NCBI RefSeq assembly: GCF_001194135.2
Contig: NC_068982.1
Location: 163,617,860-163,654,585 of the forward strand
Reading direction: 5' to 3'
DNA from: Octopus bimaculoides
Lineage: Eukaryota
Length of the DNA: 36,726 nt
Positions 22,031 to 35,024 of this stretch are shown in pieces. The translations under genes were made by a program, and so were the position numbers. The number at the start of each line of letters is the position of its first letter. Positions within the stretch are counted from its first letter, which is position 1. The notes beneath the pieces were generated by a model. The model saw nothing but the letters and a program-made list of their open reading frames with translations, did no database searches and was not told the origin of the DNA.

Positions 22031-22799
22031 CATAGAATAACTAAATCTAGGGCCAAGCACCTGCATATTGAGCCAAGTTGACTTTTAAACTATCATGTAA
22101 TTCTAACATTTTTTTAATGTCCTAATTTGAAATTCTATTAAGACTGTCTTCACATTTATTTTCTTCAACATTAATAAATTACATACTATGTTTCGGGAGT
22201 TGTTTCAGTTTCCCATGCATTTTTATCACGAAGCTGTTGATTTTTATATTAAAGAATGATAGTATTATCATATATTTTTAGTACTTTACAAATGGTGGCG
22301 GGAACAGTTATATTAATTTTTTGATAAAATATATCATTGACAGAACTTAACTATATAATGCATTTTACAGGATTTTATCAAAGTTACATTTTTTATTTTC
22401 TTATAATGCTATTTTTGAAAAGTCAAGCAAGAACTTTTGTAACCAGTATTTTGAGAACATTTTCTTTGTCATTGGATTAGAAAACATTTTTGCAATTCAA
22501 AATTATAGGAAATGTCTCCAAATTTATCATTTTTCATTTGAAACTTTTCTTTCTTACAATCTAAAAAAAGAGATACATTTTAGTGTCCTTTCATCACCAT
22601 GATCCATCCTCCACCTAATGTTCTTTGTCATTCTCTTAATCGCCATCATCATTATCATCATCATCATCATCATCGTCATCATCATCACCATTCTTCCACT
22701 GTGGCAGAGCAGAAGTCGATTATCAGTGTATTTTTTTTTTTATGGCTTTTAGCTTTTGTTGACAGAAAGCTTTTGACAGAATCCCTCACTCACCCATCT

Positions 22800-24445
22800 G
22801 GTAGTCAATGTGAAAGCTAGGGATAGACGAGAGTTGGTGAGAGCTGTACAAACCATGTACAGGGATGCTGTGAGTAAGGTGAAGGTCAGCAATGGGTATG
22901 GCAATGAATTTAGTGTACAAATAGGAGGTCATCAAGAATTGGTTCTCAGTCCCCTCTTGCTAATCATAGACCTCCAGGCCACAACAGAAGAATTTAAGAC
23001 TTGCTGCCCATAGGAGCTCTTTGACACTGATAATCTTGTTCTTATACCTGAATCACTATCTGGACTAGAGAGGGAATTTCAGGTGTGGAAGCAAGGTCTG
23101 AAATCTAAGGACCTTAGAGTTAATCTAGCAAAGACCAAAGTCCTAGTAAGTAGGAAAACATAAACCCCTTCAAAGAGATGGCTTTGCTCGTTATGTCAGA
23201 AAGGTGTCAATAGAAACTCCATCTGATGTACCCAGTACAAGTTATGAACACATAAGAGGTGCAGCAATATCACACGAAGGTTAACTTTGTGTGTGGTTAA
23301 CAGTGGTATCATGGGAATGTTAACTTTTCGTGTGGCAGGTGTGCAAGTACAATAAACACTAAGAATCTATAGAGAATAGACTTCCTCAAATGTCTGGGAT
23401 GAAGTGGTGAATCCTTAGAATTATTAGTAGATAGCTTCTATTACCTTAATGACCAAGTTAGCAATGGAGGAGGAAATTTTGAAAGTAGTTGCTAGAATAA
23501 GGACAAGCTTGGCAAAGTTCAGAGAGCCACTATCTTTGTTGATTACAAAGGGCCTCCTCCTCAGAATGAAAGCCAGATTGTATGATACCTGTGTATAGAC
23601 AGCTATGCTACATGGCAGTGAAACATGGTCTATGACTACAGAGGAGATGTGAAGGTTTGAAAGAAATGAAGCCAGCATGCTCCACTGGATGGATAATGTC
23701 AGTGTGCATAAAGGACAGAGTATAAATAATTTAAGAGAAAAATTGGGTATAAGAGACATCAGTTGTAATGTGCAAGGGAGAAGACTGCAATGGTATAGTC
23801 ATGTGATGTGTATGAATGATGACAGCTGCATAAAGAAGTGCCAATCTCTAGTTGTGGAAGGAACGTGTGGAAGAGGTAGATCCAGGAAGATGTGGGATAA
23901 AGTGGTGAAAAACGATCTTCAGACATTGGGCCTCACTGAGGAGGTGACAAGAGACTGAGACTTCTGGTGATTTGCTGTGTTTGAGAAGACACATCAAGCT
24001 AAGTAAAATCATGGCCATCCATACATACAGGCATGTCGTTTATGACCATGCCACTCACTCCTTGTCTTGCGAGCTTGCAAGTGCTGGTGCCACATAAAAA
24101 GCACCTGTTTTGGTGCCACATAAAAAGCACCCATGCTAGTTCCACATAAAAGGCACCTGAGCTGGTACCACATAAAAAAGCACCAGTGCCAGTGCTACAT
24201 AGAAAGCTCATGTGCTGGTGTCATGTAAAAAAAGCCCCTTGCCAGTGCCACATATAAAGCTCCTATGCTGGTGCCACGTATAAAGCACCTGTGATGGTGC
24301 TAAATAATAGTACTGGTGCTGGTGCTCCGTAAAAAGCACCCAGTAAACTCTGTAAAGTGGTTGACATTTGGAAGGGCATCCAGGGATAGCTACCATGCCA
24401 AAATAGACAAATGGAGCCTGGTGCAGCTCTCTAGCTGGCCAATGA
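22800..24445 (+). mobile_element. 5'-truncated, degraded RTE-clade LINE (RT C-terminal half plus 3'UTR)
   Basis: Translation gives LVRAVQTMYRDAVSKVKV...HQELVLSPLL...(YADD decayed to DTDN)...MLHGSETW...RLQWYSHVM...GTCGRGRSRKMW, with stops and frameshifts. The 3'UTR has ~24-bp tandem units and the ggaagggcatcc tail. Confidence 0.92.
24083..24345 (+). repeat. Tandem array of ~24-bp units (gctggtgccacataaaaagcacc) in the RTE 3'UTR
   Basis: Roughly ten diverged adjacent units with no unique spacers. Confidence 0.85.
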
Positions 24446-25760
24446 TGATCATGAACCTGGAGGAAGGGTTAGTGCCCATAACCTTTGCAAGATCTCCTAG
24501 ACCAATAAGGCTGATACCATTAACATTCCTCTCGAATCTTTGCAAATTAATACCTACAGGAAAGACATGAACAGAGGAGGAATCTTAAAAGATGACATTC
24601 TGGGAGGGAAGGACTAAGTGTAATGATTAGAGTCTGGGGTTGTGGCAGACACAACAAGTGTGAGGAGAGGAAGAGAAGCCATTAAAGAAGCTGTAGATAG
24701 GTAGAGAGAGGAGACAATGCTCTCATGGTCCAGAGGATGGAGCGTGTCTGGAAGTAACTTTAAGTCAATCAGAGAGCCTTTATCGGATGTAGTCAGTCTA
24801 TGATTTCTCTGCAGAAGCAGAAATTTTCCAGATGTGAGAGCAATACTCTATTGTGGATCTCACTTTAAGCTTTATAGCATGTTAATAATTGTAGGAAGCC
24901 GAAGTATCTCTCACTCTGAATTAATGGATCAGTCATTTGTATGTGGTCCTAGCTATTTTAAGGATGCACTGTCACTCAGGAGAGGTCCCTGGTTAGGATC
25001 AACATTTGGAGTGGTTGTAAAGGCCCTAGTTGCATGCTTCTTATGATTAAGCAATGGGGAGTGTTATGAAGTTGTTTTCTTGATATGAGAAGTATTTGTG
25101 TTTTCTTGCTATTGAAAAAGATAAGACTGGTATGTCCCCATTGGAAGATGCTTTCAATGTCTCTATTCATGGAATTACTGTGGATATGGCATATGGTGCA
25201 ATGTTCCCAATACATAATGCTTAATTCGGGAAGGTTAGGAGAGTATCGTCTGAGTAAAAGTGGGAATTGTTGGATGTGATAGCTAGTAAGATGAGAGTGT
25301 AGATCAAAACTGAACTCTGTGGCATTGATAGAAAGAGGAAGAAAAAGAGTTTTGTAAACCAATACTTTGATAATGTCATATATTGTAGAAAGTTACCTAA
25401 CTGGCATGTGGTATATTGGTGGGTAGTTTTGATAGATTCCCACAATACATTGTTGTAAGCTTTATTGATGTCAAGGGTAATGGTGACATAGGAGAGTCTT
25501 GAGGAGAAAGAGTGAAATTCATGATGTTGGGGAGGGGGCATTGTCATTAAGGCTGTCTTCATTATCTTTGAGATATTAGAAGTGATAGAGAAATAGCTGG
25601 CAGGATCAGAGACATTGTCTTTCTTGAGCATACTGTAGTAAATATCAGAGTAAATCCCTGAAGAATGGAGAGATATTGAAGATTTGGTGAAGATAGAAGC
25701 TAAAACTCTGGGGTGCAATGTTTGAAGATAATGCAAGAGGCACTCTCAGGGCTGGTGGCC
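24445..25760 (-). mobile_element. Degraded CR1/L2/Jockey-group LINE (RT and C-terminus)
   Basis: Translation gives KKDNVSDPASY..ITSNISKIM...LDINKAYNNV...PQSSVL...FYSDDTLL...IFQWG...FNSKKTQ...FPVGINLQRFERNVN. Confidence 0.85.
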
Positions 25761-25769
25761 TGTTGGTTT

Positions 25770-25814
<45 letters not shown>

Positions 25815-25986
25815 NNNNNNNNNNNNNNNNNNNNNNNNNNNNNNNNNNNNNNNNNNNNNNNNNNNNNNNNNNNNNNNNNNNNNNNNNNNNNNNNNNNNNN
25901 NNNNNNNNNNNNNNNNNNNNNNNNNNNNNNNNNNNNNNNNNNNNNNNNNNNNNNNNNNNNNNNNNNNNNNNNNNNNNNNNNNNNNN

Positions 25987-26038
<52 letters not shown>

Positions 26039-26414
26039 ATGATCTTAGTAGTTGACTGTATTTTTATCAACTCTGAAAGGTTAAAAGGCAAAACTGACTT
26101 TGGTGGCATTTGCATTGAAAGAGATAGAGCAAATAGTGACTCTCCAAAGATTCTGCTAATTAACTGTCCTTTAGTTTCATATAAATTTCTTAATATTGGA
26201 TTATCTGGTATATTTTTGCAATGCAATAACTATTTGCATATTTCAATCTTGATGTCCAATTTTCTATGACTACTCATTTCCATGCTTCCCTTTGTCTACC
26301 TTTTCTATACATTGCATATAAGCATATATACTGAAGTGTCTGGCTTTCTTGTATCACATGCTGTTTTGAATTTGGTATTTATTGATAGATGCTCTGATCA
26401 TCAGTAGTGGGAAC

Positions 26415-26730
26415 AGTCATCATCATCATTGTTTAGTATCTTCTTTCCATGTTGGTATGGGTTAGATAGTTTGAGAGAAGCTGGCCAGACAAGAGCCTGC
26501 ACCAGGCTCTTGTGTGTTTTGGCAAGGTTTTTATGGCTGGATGCCCTTCCTAACACCAACCACTCTTCAGAGTGGACTGAGTGCTTTTACATGGCACAAG
26601 CACAGGCAAGGTCAATTTGATAAGGTTTTTACAGCTAGATGCCCTTCCAAATGCCAACCACTTTACATTGTGGACTGGATGCTTTTTTCAGTGGCACCAG
26701 CACTGGCAGGGTCACCAAGTAACTTGCAAG
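26415..26730 (-). mobile_element. Degraded RTE-tail element with a duplicated segment
   Basis: Two successive ttt(t)a(t/c)(g/a)gct(g/a)gatgcccttcc...ccaaccact units after (CAT)n. Confidence 0.7.
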
Positions 26731-28179
26731 ACAAGGTTCCTTTGAGAAGGGAGGGGGAATTGGAGGAGGGGAGCTTGTGTCAGATGATGAAAGGTTATAG
26801 TGAGACAGAGAGAGACAGTGTGGGCCTTAAAAGTTTGTTATATTAATAATGAATAGCTACTGAAAATGCCGAAGTCCTTTTCAGGCTTAAGGCATTTTCT
26901 GCTCTATACTACTGAGATCATATGTGAGTAAAATAAGTTTAAATGAAATAATTTTAAACCATATCTTTTCAATATGCTGTGGTATAATACACCCACATCC
27001 TATTTAAAAAGCATTATCCCCTAACCATAAAAAGTGGTGAATTTGAAATATAATTTGCAAGATAAAATTCAAAATATGAACCTATTAATTTCTTTTGGAT
27101 ATACAAAAGAACAAATTTTATAAGAGAGGAATATGTAACCGACTGAATTGACCTTAGCATATTTTTATCCCTTAATTTTATTAACTGTGATTTTCGGAAA
27201 TGAAGGAGGATTTGAACTTGATGTTCAAGGATTTTAAGATTTTAAGAATTTTATCTAGGCTCCCTACTATTCCTACTAACTTGCTACTCATGAATAAATT
27301 TTTTTATTTATTCACAAGGCAGATATTTTGTTCTTTTTCACCATTGGTTGTTAGCTCCAAGTTGGCTCCATTAAAGCAGACCTTTCATGAAAAACGTACT
27401 AACTGTAGTTATACTATACTTCACTACTAAAACTATCTTTATTTATATCTAAGACTACTTTTACTCCATGTGACCCACTCTTATCATGATAGTAGGGTGT
27501 AATTTGATTGAAATTTAGTTGCTATTTCTAGCAATTAAAGCTAGCACATAAAGGTTCCATTGATGAATTGTTATAGTGGAATTTTATAGGATAGGTGTAT
27601 AGTTGATAAAATCATACTCTAGTGTTGTTACCAGGAATGAAAGGCAATACAAACTTTGGTAAGATGTTAGTTTGTTCCTATATATTTTGAAAATATAAAG
27701 AATCAAGACCATAAGACAGTTATGCCATTATTTTATTCCCCCACACTGAGTTATACAATACAAAAACAAAAAGATTATTAACATATCTGTACTTGAAACA
27801 CACTTCCAAATATATATACACCAAAATGAAAGTTTGCTTCTATGTTATTATAATGTGAATATTATTTGGTGAAATAAAACAATAATTTACGAAGATATTT
27901 ATAATGGTGAATGATGTAGGAATAATGTAGGGATGAAAATAGGATTAATCAATATTTGAATCATTACCTTTCTGCATCAGACACAAAAGAAACATCAATA
28001 AGTTGTATTCTATTGTTTGTTTGGTTTATTGATTGGGATTAATGAATGATTAAGTAGAAAAAAAAGTCTATGGATATATATGTATGCGATGCTTTTTCAT
28101 GCATATATACATATAAATGCATGATTGAATGTACGTATATGTGTATCTGTGCATATATGTGTATTTGTGTGTGTATGTG

Positions 28180-28210
<31 letters not shown>

Positions 28211-28914
28211 GCTTGTGTGTGTATATGTGTGTGTGTATATATATATAATTTTCATCATCATCAACGTTTTCATAATCATTTTCAGTGTTTACATTTCCAT
28301 GTTTGTATGGGTCAAACCTGTGCAAGCATGGTTCAGACAAAAGTATATTGGGGTAGAGTTTTTCTAGAGCTGGATACTCTTCTTGTTGCTAACACTACTT
28401 GTTTCCTTGTCTCCAAATGAGGTAATAATCTTCTTGTCTATCAAATAACAGACAGCCCAGACATGTTTGAAGTGGAGAATTGTAAACAAATGACACTGTT
28501 TAAGGAGCTTTTTGTTTGCAAACATTGCTAAACATGTTAAAACACATCAAGAAACTTGGACCCCCTTTTGCTGTTGATTGCAAGCCAATGACACCAATGA
28601 CCACTGGCAAGAAGTTATTGTTTATAAATATGAAAAAAAAAACACATAAACACACACATGTTATATACCAACTGCTAGTTCTTATTTGACACTGCCAACC
28701 AACTGAGGTTGGTAAATAAACAGATTAAATTGCTATTTTCTTCTGAAGATCTGGTATTTCAATGTGATTATGTAATCATCTACAAAACAATTATGGCAAG
28801 ACATACTAGTGTATGCTAGTGAAATGTGTGTAAAGGTTATGTAATTTATGATGCTATAGTAAAAAGACAAATCAAATCTTCTGTTTTATTCTGTGCTCAA
28901 ATATATCATCATCA

Positions 28915-29120
28915 CCATTTCATCATAACCATTTAACATCTGTTTTCCATGATTGCAAGAGTTTGCACATACTCACATGAGTTGGACAGACTGACAAAGT
29001 CTGACAAGTCAGAAGCCTGTTCCAGTGTCTGTTTTGGCATGGCTTCTATTGCTGGATGCCCTTCCTAATGCCAACCACTTTGCAGAGTGTAGTGAATAGT
29101 TTTTCATGGCACCAGCACTT
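28915..29120 (-). mobile_element. Degraded RTE-tail element
   Basis: catttaacatctgttttccatg...gctggatgcccttcctaatgccaaccactttgcagagtgta. Confidence 0.7.
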
Positions 29121-30029
29121 TGAAAAACTAAAGGGTGTAAAGGGTCCTCTGCAACTGAAAGAGAATAGCAGAGTGGGTGTGATGATTGATTCTAGGTGAG
29201 GTGATGACAAAAGGTAAAATATGATGAGAGCAAGAGTTTTATAGTTACAAGAGGTTAGTAGTGGAAAGTATAACAAGGTCTACATTACTGGGGAGGGTGC
29301 ATGGAATGGACAGATAAAAGTGTAAAGGATTACTGTCAGGGGTTAGTAAGAAAGGAAGAGACAGAATGGTAAAGTTATGAGGTGAGTTGCAAGGTGGGGA
29401 CCAGGACTGTCCCTCATTATAAAGGCAAATGTCGGCAGAAGGTGTAAGGAGAAGGGAACATGTAAGAGTAAATAGATGAGTGTGGCAAGGATCCTGAGAG
29501 AGGCATGAAGGGAAAAAAAATGTAGATGTGTTGTTGGAGTAGACCAGAAAAAGAAAGAGAGTTGAGAGGTACTGAGGTGGTGGACAAGTTGTGGGGAGAG
29601 TACTTATGGTGAGTGATGGACAGCAATGAACAAGCATCACAGGTGTGAGATGAGAGATTCGAATGATAGGGTGATGATTGAAGCAAACAGGGAGATGGAT
29701 AGAGGAGGGAAGGTGGGTACGGGTATAGTAATGAGAATGAGCCAATATTGTGTCTCATAGATTCATAGGTCTTGTAGGAGGTGGCAGAGATATAGTGTTG
29801 TGGAGTGGTTGGTCATATTTTGTGAGTGGTTAGGAAATAGGGGACTGAGATATATTAGTGATAGAGAAATAAAATGATTGAAGTGAACAGAGAAATGGGT
29901 GAAAGGGGGAAGGTGACCATAAGGTATCTTAAGAAGGTGGATTAATAGTGTATAGCATGGCAGTAAATATAGGCTTGGCAAGATACAGTGTGTGTGTGTG
30001 TGTGTGTGCGCGCACGTGTGTAAGAGGCT

Positions 30030-30432
30030 AAATCAGCAGGAATGGATCCTGCTAAGCACAGACCACTGTAGCTAAAGCTCATGCAGTTGAACAGTGTCTT
30101 CAAGTAAGTCAGTATGAGCAGTACACATAAGCCATACTAATGAAGAATGCACTACCTAACATAGATTAATGGCTAGTAACTCAAAAACAGAAGAGCATCT
30201 GGGGAAGAAAGACATGGAAACTAAAGGACCCCACCGATGATTGTAAAGGAATTCTAGCTGATGTGCATAACAATAGGGCAGAGAAGACAGAGACTTAGAG
30301 CATAGATAACAACTGGAAAATCTTGTGAGATAATCTTTTGAGAGATACTGATCTGTCATGTGGCAGATGCAAGGTCCCAACCAGACAGAAAGTAATATGG
30401 TGGTGGAATGATATGGTAGACAGAGTTATCAA
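30030..30432 (+). mobile_element. RTE-LINE fragment (endonuclease C-terminus / linker)
   Basis: Translation gives EECTT*HRL...WKLKDP...NWKIL.DNLLRDTDLSCG.CK.P...IWWWND.V. Confidence 0.8.
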
Positions 30433-30572
30433 AACTAGACATCATACACATATTATGAACATTTTCAACACAGTAAATAAACCAAAATCCAAACAAAATA
30501 CTGCCTGTACCCAAGGTACACAGAACTACATCCAGTATGCAGTGAAAACATGCAATAAAAATGAAGATCACT

Positions 30573-30573
30573 C

Positions 30574-30606
<33 letters not shown>

Positions 30607-30643
30607 CATAATAATAATAATAATAACAATAATAATAATAATA
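30573..30643 (+). repeat. (AAT)n microsatellite, representative of many (TA)n, (CA)n, (GA)n, (CAT)n and (TATG)n tracts
   Basis: Directly visible. Most N gaps are flanked on at least one side by such tracts. Confidence 0.95.
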
Positions 30644-30769
30644 TCATTATTTGCCTCAAGGGTGGCAAGTAAGAGACCATTATACAGATAAATTTCAGAA
30701 ACAAAGCAAGTTTTACAGAAATAAATTATGAAAAACAAGCAATATAAATAGTATAAAGAAAACAATTGT

Positions 30770-31325
30770 CATGTGATGCATATGGACGAGGACAGCTGTT
30801 TAAAGAGGTGCTTATCTCTAACTGTGGAGGGAACCTGTGGTAGACCCAGGAAGACATGGAATGAGGTGGTGAAGCATGATCTTTGAACTTTGAGCCTCAC
30901 AGAGGCAAAGTGGCTGAGCTCCTTTTGAACATTGGGCCTCACAGAGGCAAAGTGGTTGAGTTCCTTCTGAGTGTTGGGGCCCATGGATGCAATGACTGAG
31001 ACCTTTGGCATTATGTTGCGCTTGAGAAGAAGACCCATCAAGCCAAGCAAAATCGCCGTTGTAGCAGATACTGGTGTCACACAGATTGGCACCCATGCTG
31101 GTGGCATGTAAAAGCACCCTGGTGTCATGCAAATGGCACCCATGCTGGTGGCACATAAAAACACCCTTTAGACTCTTGGAGTGGTTGGCATTAGGAAGGG
31201 TATCTAGCCATAGAAAGCCATGCCAAATCAGACTGGAGTCTGATGCAGCCTTCCAGCATGCCAACCCAGTCAAACTGTCCAACCTATGCCAGCATGGACA
31301 ATGGATAATGATGATGATGATGATG
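30770..31325 (+). mobile_element. RTE-LINE 3' end with an internal ~40-bp tandem duplication
   Basis: HVMHMDEDSCLKRCLSLTVEGTCGRPRKTWNEVVKHDL, a repeated gcctcacagaggcaaagtgg unit, then the tail and (TGA)n. Confidence 0.85.
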
Positions 31326-31794
31326 AATAGCAAAAACAAAAAGAAAAATGACATAATAGTAACATTATGGAAACTGAAAAGAGAAACAATCCTTGAAATA
31401 ATACATGCTTACAAATGAAAAGAAATGTATTTAACCAAAAGCTCAGCGCTTACATACATACAGTGAGGGATTTCTCTACATGGTCACTCTAGCAACTATG
31501 ACATTTAACATTGGTACATAGCCACATATTTTGGGGAAGGACATGGTCAGTTGGGTCAACTCCAGTACTTGACTGGTATGTTTTTTTAGCAACAGTAGGG
31601 GAATGAAGGACAAATTCAACTCCAATAATAATATTAATTCATATATTTAACAGAGGGACAATACATAGACACAAAAACCATTTAAATGCACTACCAATGA
31701 TGAAACTCTGTAATAAAAGAAGTTAAAAACAAATTTACTGTTGTTGTTGTTTCTTTTCACTCGCCACAGGTCAAATGTCCTTGAGCATATTTAT

Positions 31795-32145
31795 CATCTT
31801 CATCAACATTTAAAGTTCATTTTCCATGCTGGCATGGGTTGGATGGTTTGACAGGAACTGGTAAGGCCAGGGTCCGCATCAGGTTCCATAGTCTGTTTTG
31901 GCTGGCTTTGTTCAGCTGGGTGCCCTTCCTAATGCCAACCACTTTACAGAGTGTACTGGATACTTGTTACATGGCACCATCGCCAGTGCTTTTTATGTGG
32001 AACCATTATCAGTGCTTTTTACATAGCATCATCAAAAGTGCATTTTACGGGGCACCATCATTAGTGCTTTTTACATGGAACCATCACCAGTGCATTTTAT
32101 GTGGCACCTTCACCAGTGCTTTTTATGTAGAACCAACATCCACAC
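31795..32145 (-). mobile_element. RTE-tail element with a ~26-bp tandem array
   Basis: Tail consensus followed by about six (a/c)accatca(c/t)cagtgc(t/a)ttttatgtgg-like units. Confidence 0.75.
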
Positions 32146-32799
32146 CTCGTCTATATTCAAAGATATTTCAGCCATGATCAGCATATCATTTTGTATATCC
32201 ATAACTATATTTTTCAATGTACTCTAGACTACTTTTAAAAAAGGAGATGATGAAGTGAGAGAAAGTTGGCTATTGTTTTTAGCAGATCATGCCACTATGT
32301 AGAGATTGGTTTGAGAAAACAAAATAGTAGTGGATGATGATAATGATGTTGATGACGAAGATGATTGCATAGATGTTGTAAGTCAAACTGTCTTACTTTT
32401 TTAGTTGCATCAGAAGTATTGATTTTTTATATCTACCATTGATACATCGTTATTTTGTTTTTATCAGCCACTCTACCAAGTTGTCACTGCATTGTTTCTA
32501 AGTAAAGAAAACAAAAAACAAAAAACAAAAAGACAAAAACAAAATTGCAACAATGTTTATAACAAAAAACAGTAATGATACTTTAGTTCTCTAAAATTAC
32601 CATCGTAAATATATAACTATCATTTTTTTGTCTCTTTATTATTTTGCATTTTAGATAAGATAATTAGTTTTATTACTTTAAGATGCTGTTGGGATTTAAT
32701 TTGGGCCAAAATAACTTAGTTGGAAACTTAGCTGAAGGATAATGATCAGTTAATGACAACCTCCTAGATACAATAATAATAAATAAAATCTAGCTTCAG

Positions 32800-32841
<42 letters not shown>

Positions 32842-32897
32842 CTCACACACACACTCATACCTATGATCTTTATTAGTTTACTTGTTTNNNNNNNNNN

Positions 32898-32948
<51 letters not shown>

Positions 32949-33420
32949 ACATATTGTATATAAAACCAGTTGTCAACTTTATTTGTATTCATATGTGAGC
33001 ATCTATGTGTGCTGATGTAGACTTCTTTGACTTTCTGTGTGTGTATGCATAGGTATGTGTGTGTTCATTATGTGTGTGTGTAAATACATATATATAAGTA
33101 TATCTGTATATCTGCACATATCTGCGTATATGTGTATCTATGCACAAATATGTATGTAATCATTTTTTTTACGTGTTTTGTACCTATATACATGTCTCTA
33201 TGTGCAGATACAGGGATTCTCATGTGTATATATGTGTGGCTGTCTGTTTTCATGTCCCTATACATACATATGTGTGTCTGTGCATTTGTTCTGTTTTTTT
33301 CAAAATAAAGTTTTATATATTTATATATGTGTTAGTCTTTGGGTGGGGGTTTTTCACCTTCAAACTGTATTGCATTATTATATATATAATATGGTTCAGC
33401 ATGTAACCAATTTTCTATGT

Positions 33421-34098
33421 CAGCGTGTCTTAACTGGGGTTCCCTGGAACCTTAGGGTTCCGCAAAAGGTTACTGGGGGTTCCATGAGAAAGAGTGAGAG
33501 AAGCTAATGCTAATTTCATGATTGTAATATTACTATACATGCCATGCACAACATATTATTGGTTATTGTAATATTGTAATATAGACATCATCCTGGCGGT
33601 GAGCTGCCGGAAATGTTGGCATGCTGGACGAAATGCTTAGGGGTATTTTGTCTGTCTTTATGTTATGAGTTCAAATTCTACTGAGGTCGACTTTGTCTTT
33701 CACCCTTTCAGGGTCAATAAATTAAGTACCAGTTGTGTACTGGAGCCAATCTAATCGACTGGCCCCCTCCGTTGAAATTTCAGGCCTTGCACCTAGAGTA
33801 GAAATGAATATAGACATCATCCTATCTAACCTATTATTATTATCAAAAAAATATAACAACCATTGGGGATATATTTAGTGATATCTGTAATTTATCTGTA
33901 TATATTTAGTGATATCTGTAATTTATATATATATATATATATAGATATGTATATAAATATGATATTTACCACGTGAACTACAATGAAAAAATATGAGAAA
34001 GATATGGTATATAATTTTTTTTTTTTGTGTCGGGGGTTCCTTGAGACATGTAATTTATTTTAAGAGTTACACAAGGGTAAAAAGGTCGAGAAACTCTG
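33421..34098. mobile_element. hAT (Charlie-like) non-autonomous element
   Basis: Ends are cagcgtgtcttaac / gtcgagaaactctg, with internal ggggttcc motifs. A degenerate 8-bp TSD ttctatgt / ctctgtat matches 5/8, all differences being transitions. Confidence 0.65.
33595..33806 (+). mobile_element. Full-length tRNA-derived SINE (family B) with a 17-bp TSD
   Basis: Perfect TSD aatatagacatcatcct at 33578-33594 and 33807-33823; B-box gagttcaaattc. Confidence 0.92.
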
Positions 34099-34324
34099 CT
34101 CTGTATATTTAAATACTTTCTGCAGAAAGGGGAACTCCAATTGAGAAACACTGCTCTAAAGCATAAATATACTGAATTCAAACGACAGGCTATTAGTGTC
34201 GCTATGCCTAAGTAAAATCATAACATGCACACACACTCAATCATATATGTAGGTATCCATCAAACTATTTATCTCTATTATTTATGCATGTATCAATATG
34301 TATGTAAATTGGTATGTATCTATA

Positions 34325-34490
34325 CAGGTGTGGCTGTGTGCTAAGAAACTTACTTTCCAACTATATGGTTCCAGGTTCAGTCCCACTGCATGGCACCTTG
34401 GGCAAGTGTCTTCTATTATAGCCTTGGGTTGACCAAAGCTTTTTGAGTGGATTTGGTAGAAAGAAACTGAAAGAAGCTCATTGTATATAT
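34325..34490 (+). mobile_element. tRNA-derived SINE (family A, CORE-like)
   Basis: tggctgtgtgctaag...ggttcagtccc...caccttgggcaagtgtcttcta...gaaactgaaagaagc followed by (TA)n. Confidence 0.85.
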
Positions 34491-34855
34491 ATATATATAT
34501 GTGTATGTATATATATATATATATATATATATNNNNNNNNNNNNNNNNNNNNNNNNNNNNNNNNNNNNNNNNNNNNNNNNNNNNNNNNNNNNNNNNNNNN
34601 NNNNNNNNNNNNNNNNNNNNNNNNNNNNNNNNNNNNNNNNNNNNNNNNNNNNNNNNNNNNNNNNNNNNNNNNNNNNNNNNNNNNNNNNNNNNNNNNNNNN
34701 NNNNNNNNNNNNNNNNNNNNNNNNNNNNNNNNNNNNNNNNNNNNNNNNNNNNNNNNNNNNNNNNNNNNNNNNNNNNNNNNNNNNNNNNNNNNNNNNNNNN
34801 NNNNNNNNNNTATATATATATATATAAATATACATATGTATATATATATATATAC

Positions 34856-35024
34856 ACTCTCTGAGTGGTTGGCGTTAGGAAGGGCATCCAGCTGTAGAAA
34901 CTCTGCCAAATCAGACTGGAGCCTGGTGTTGCCATCCGGTTTCACCAGTCCTCAGTCAAATCGTCCAACCCATGCTAGCATGGAAGGTGGACGTTAAACG
35001 ATGATGATGATGATGATGATGATA
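34856..35024 (+). mobile_element. Young RTE-tail element
   Basis: Same diagnostic ggtgttgccatccggtttcaccagtcctcagtc as the 3898 and 21735 copies, with a (GAT)n tail. Confidence 0.85.

Noticed and set aside
24083-24345. Short repeats resembling a CRISPR array
   Set aside because: Units are adjacent and diverged with no unique spacers, sit inside a LINE 3'UTR, and the context is eukaryotic with no cas genes.
26835-32501. Scattered plus-strand exon-like segments (e.g. about 26835-26903 ending at GTGAGT, and 32468-32501 PLYQVVTALFL)
   Set aside because: No homology and no consistent phase chain; such pseudo-exons are common in AT-rich DNA.
3971-34945. Recurrent ORF MKPDG(N/Y)TRLQS(N/D)LAEFLQLDALPNAN at 3971, 21812 and 34945
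   Set aside because: It is the antisense reading of the young RTE-tail repeat. Recurrence reflects repeat copies, not a gene family.
4930-34997. Many long ORFs containing X runs
   Set aside because: They stay open only because they cross N gaps flanked by microsatellites, and carry no coding signal.
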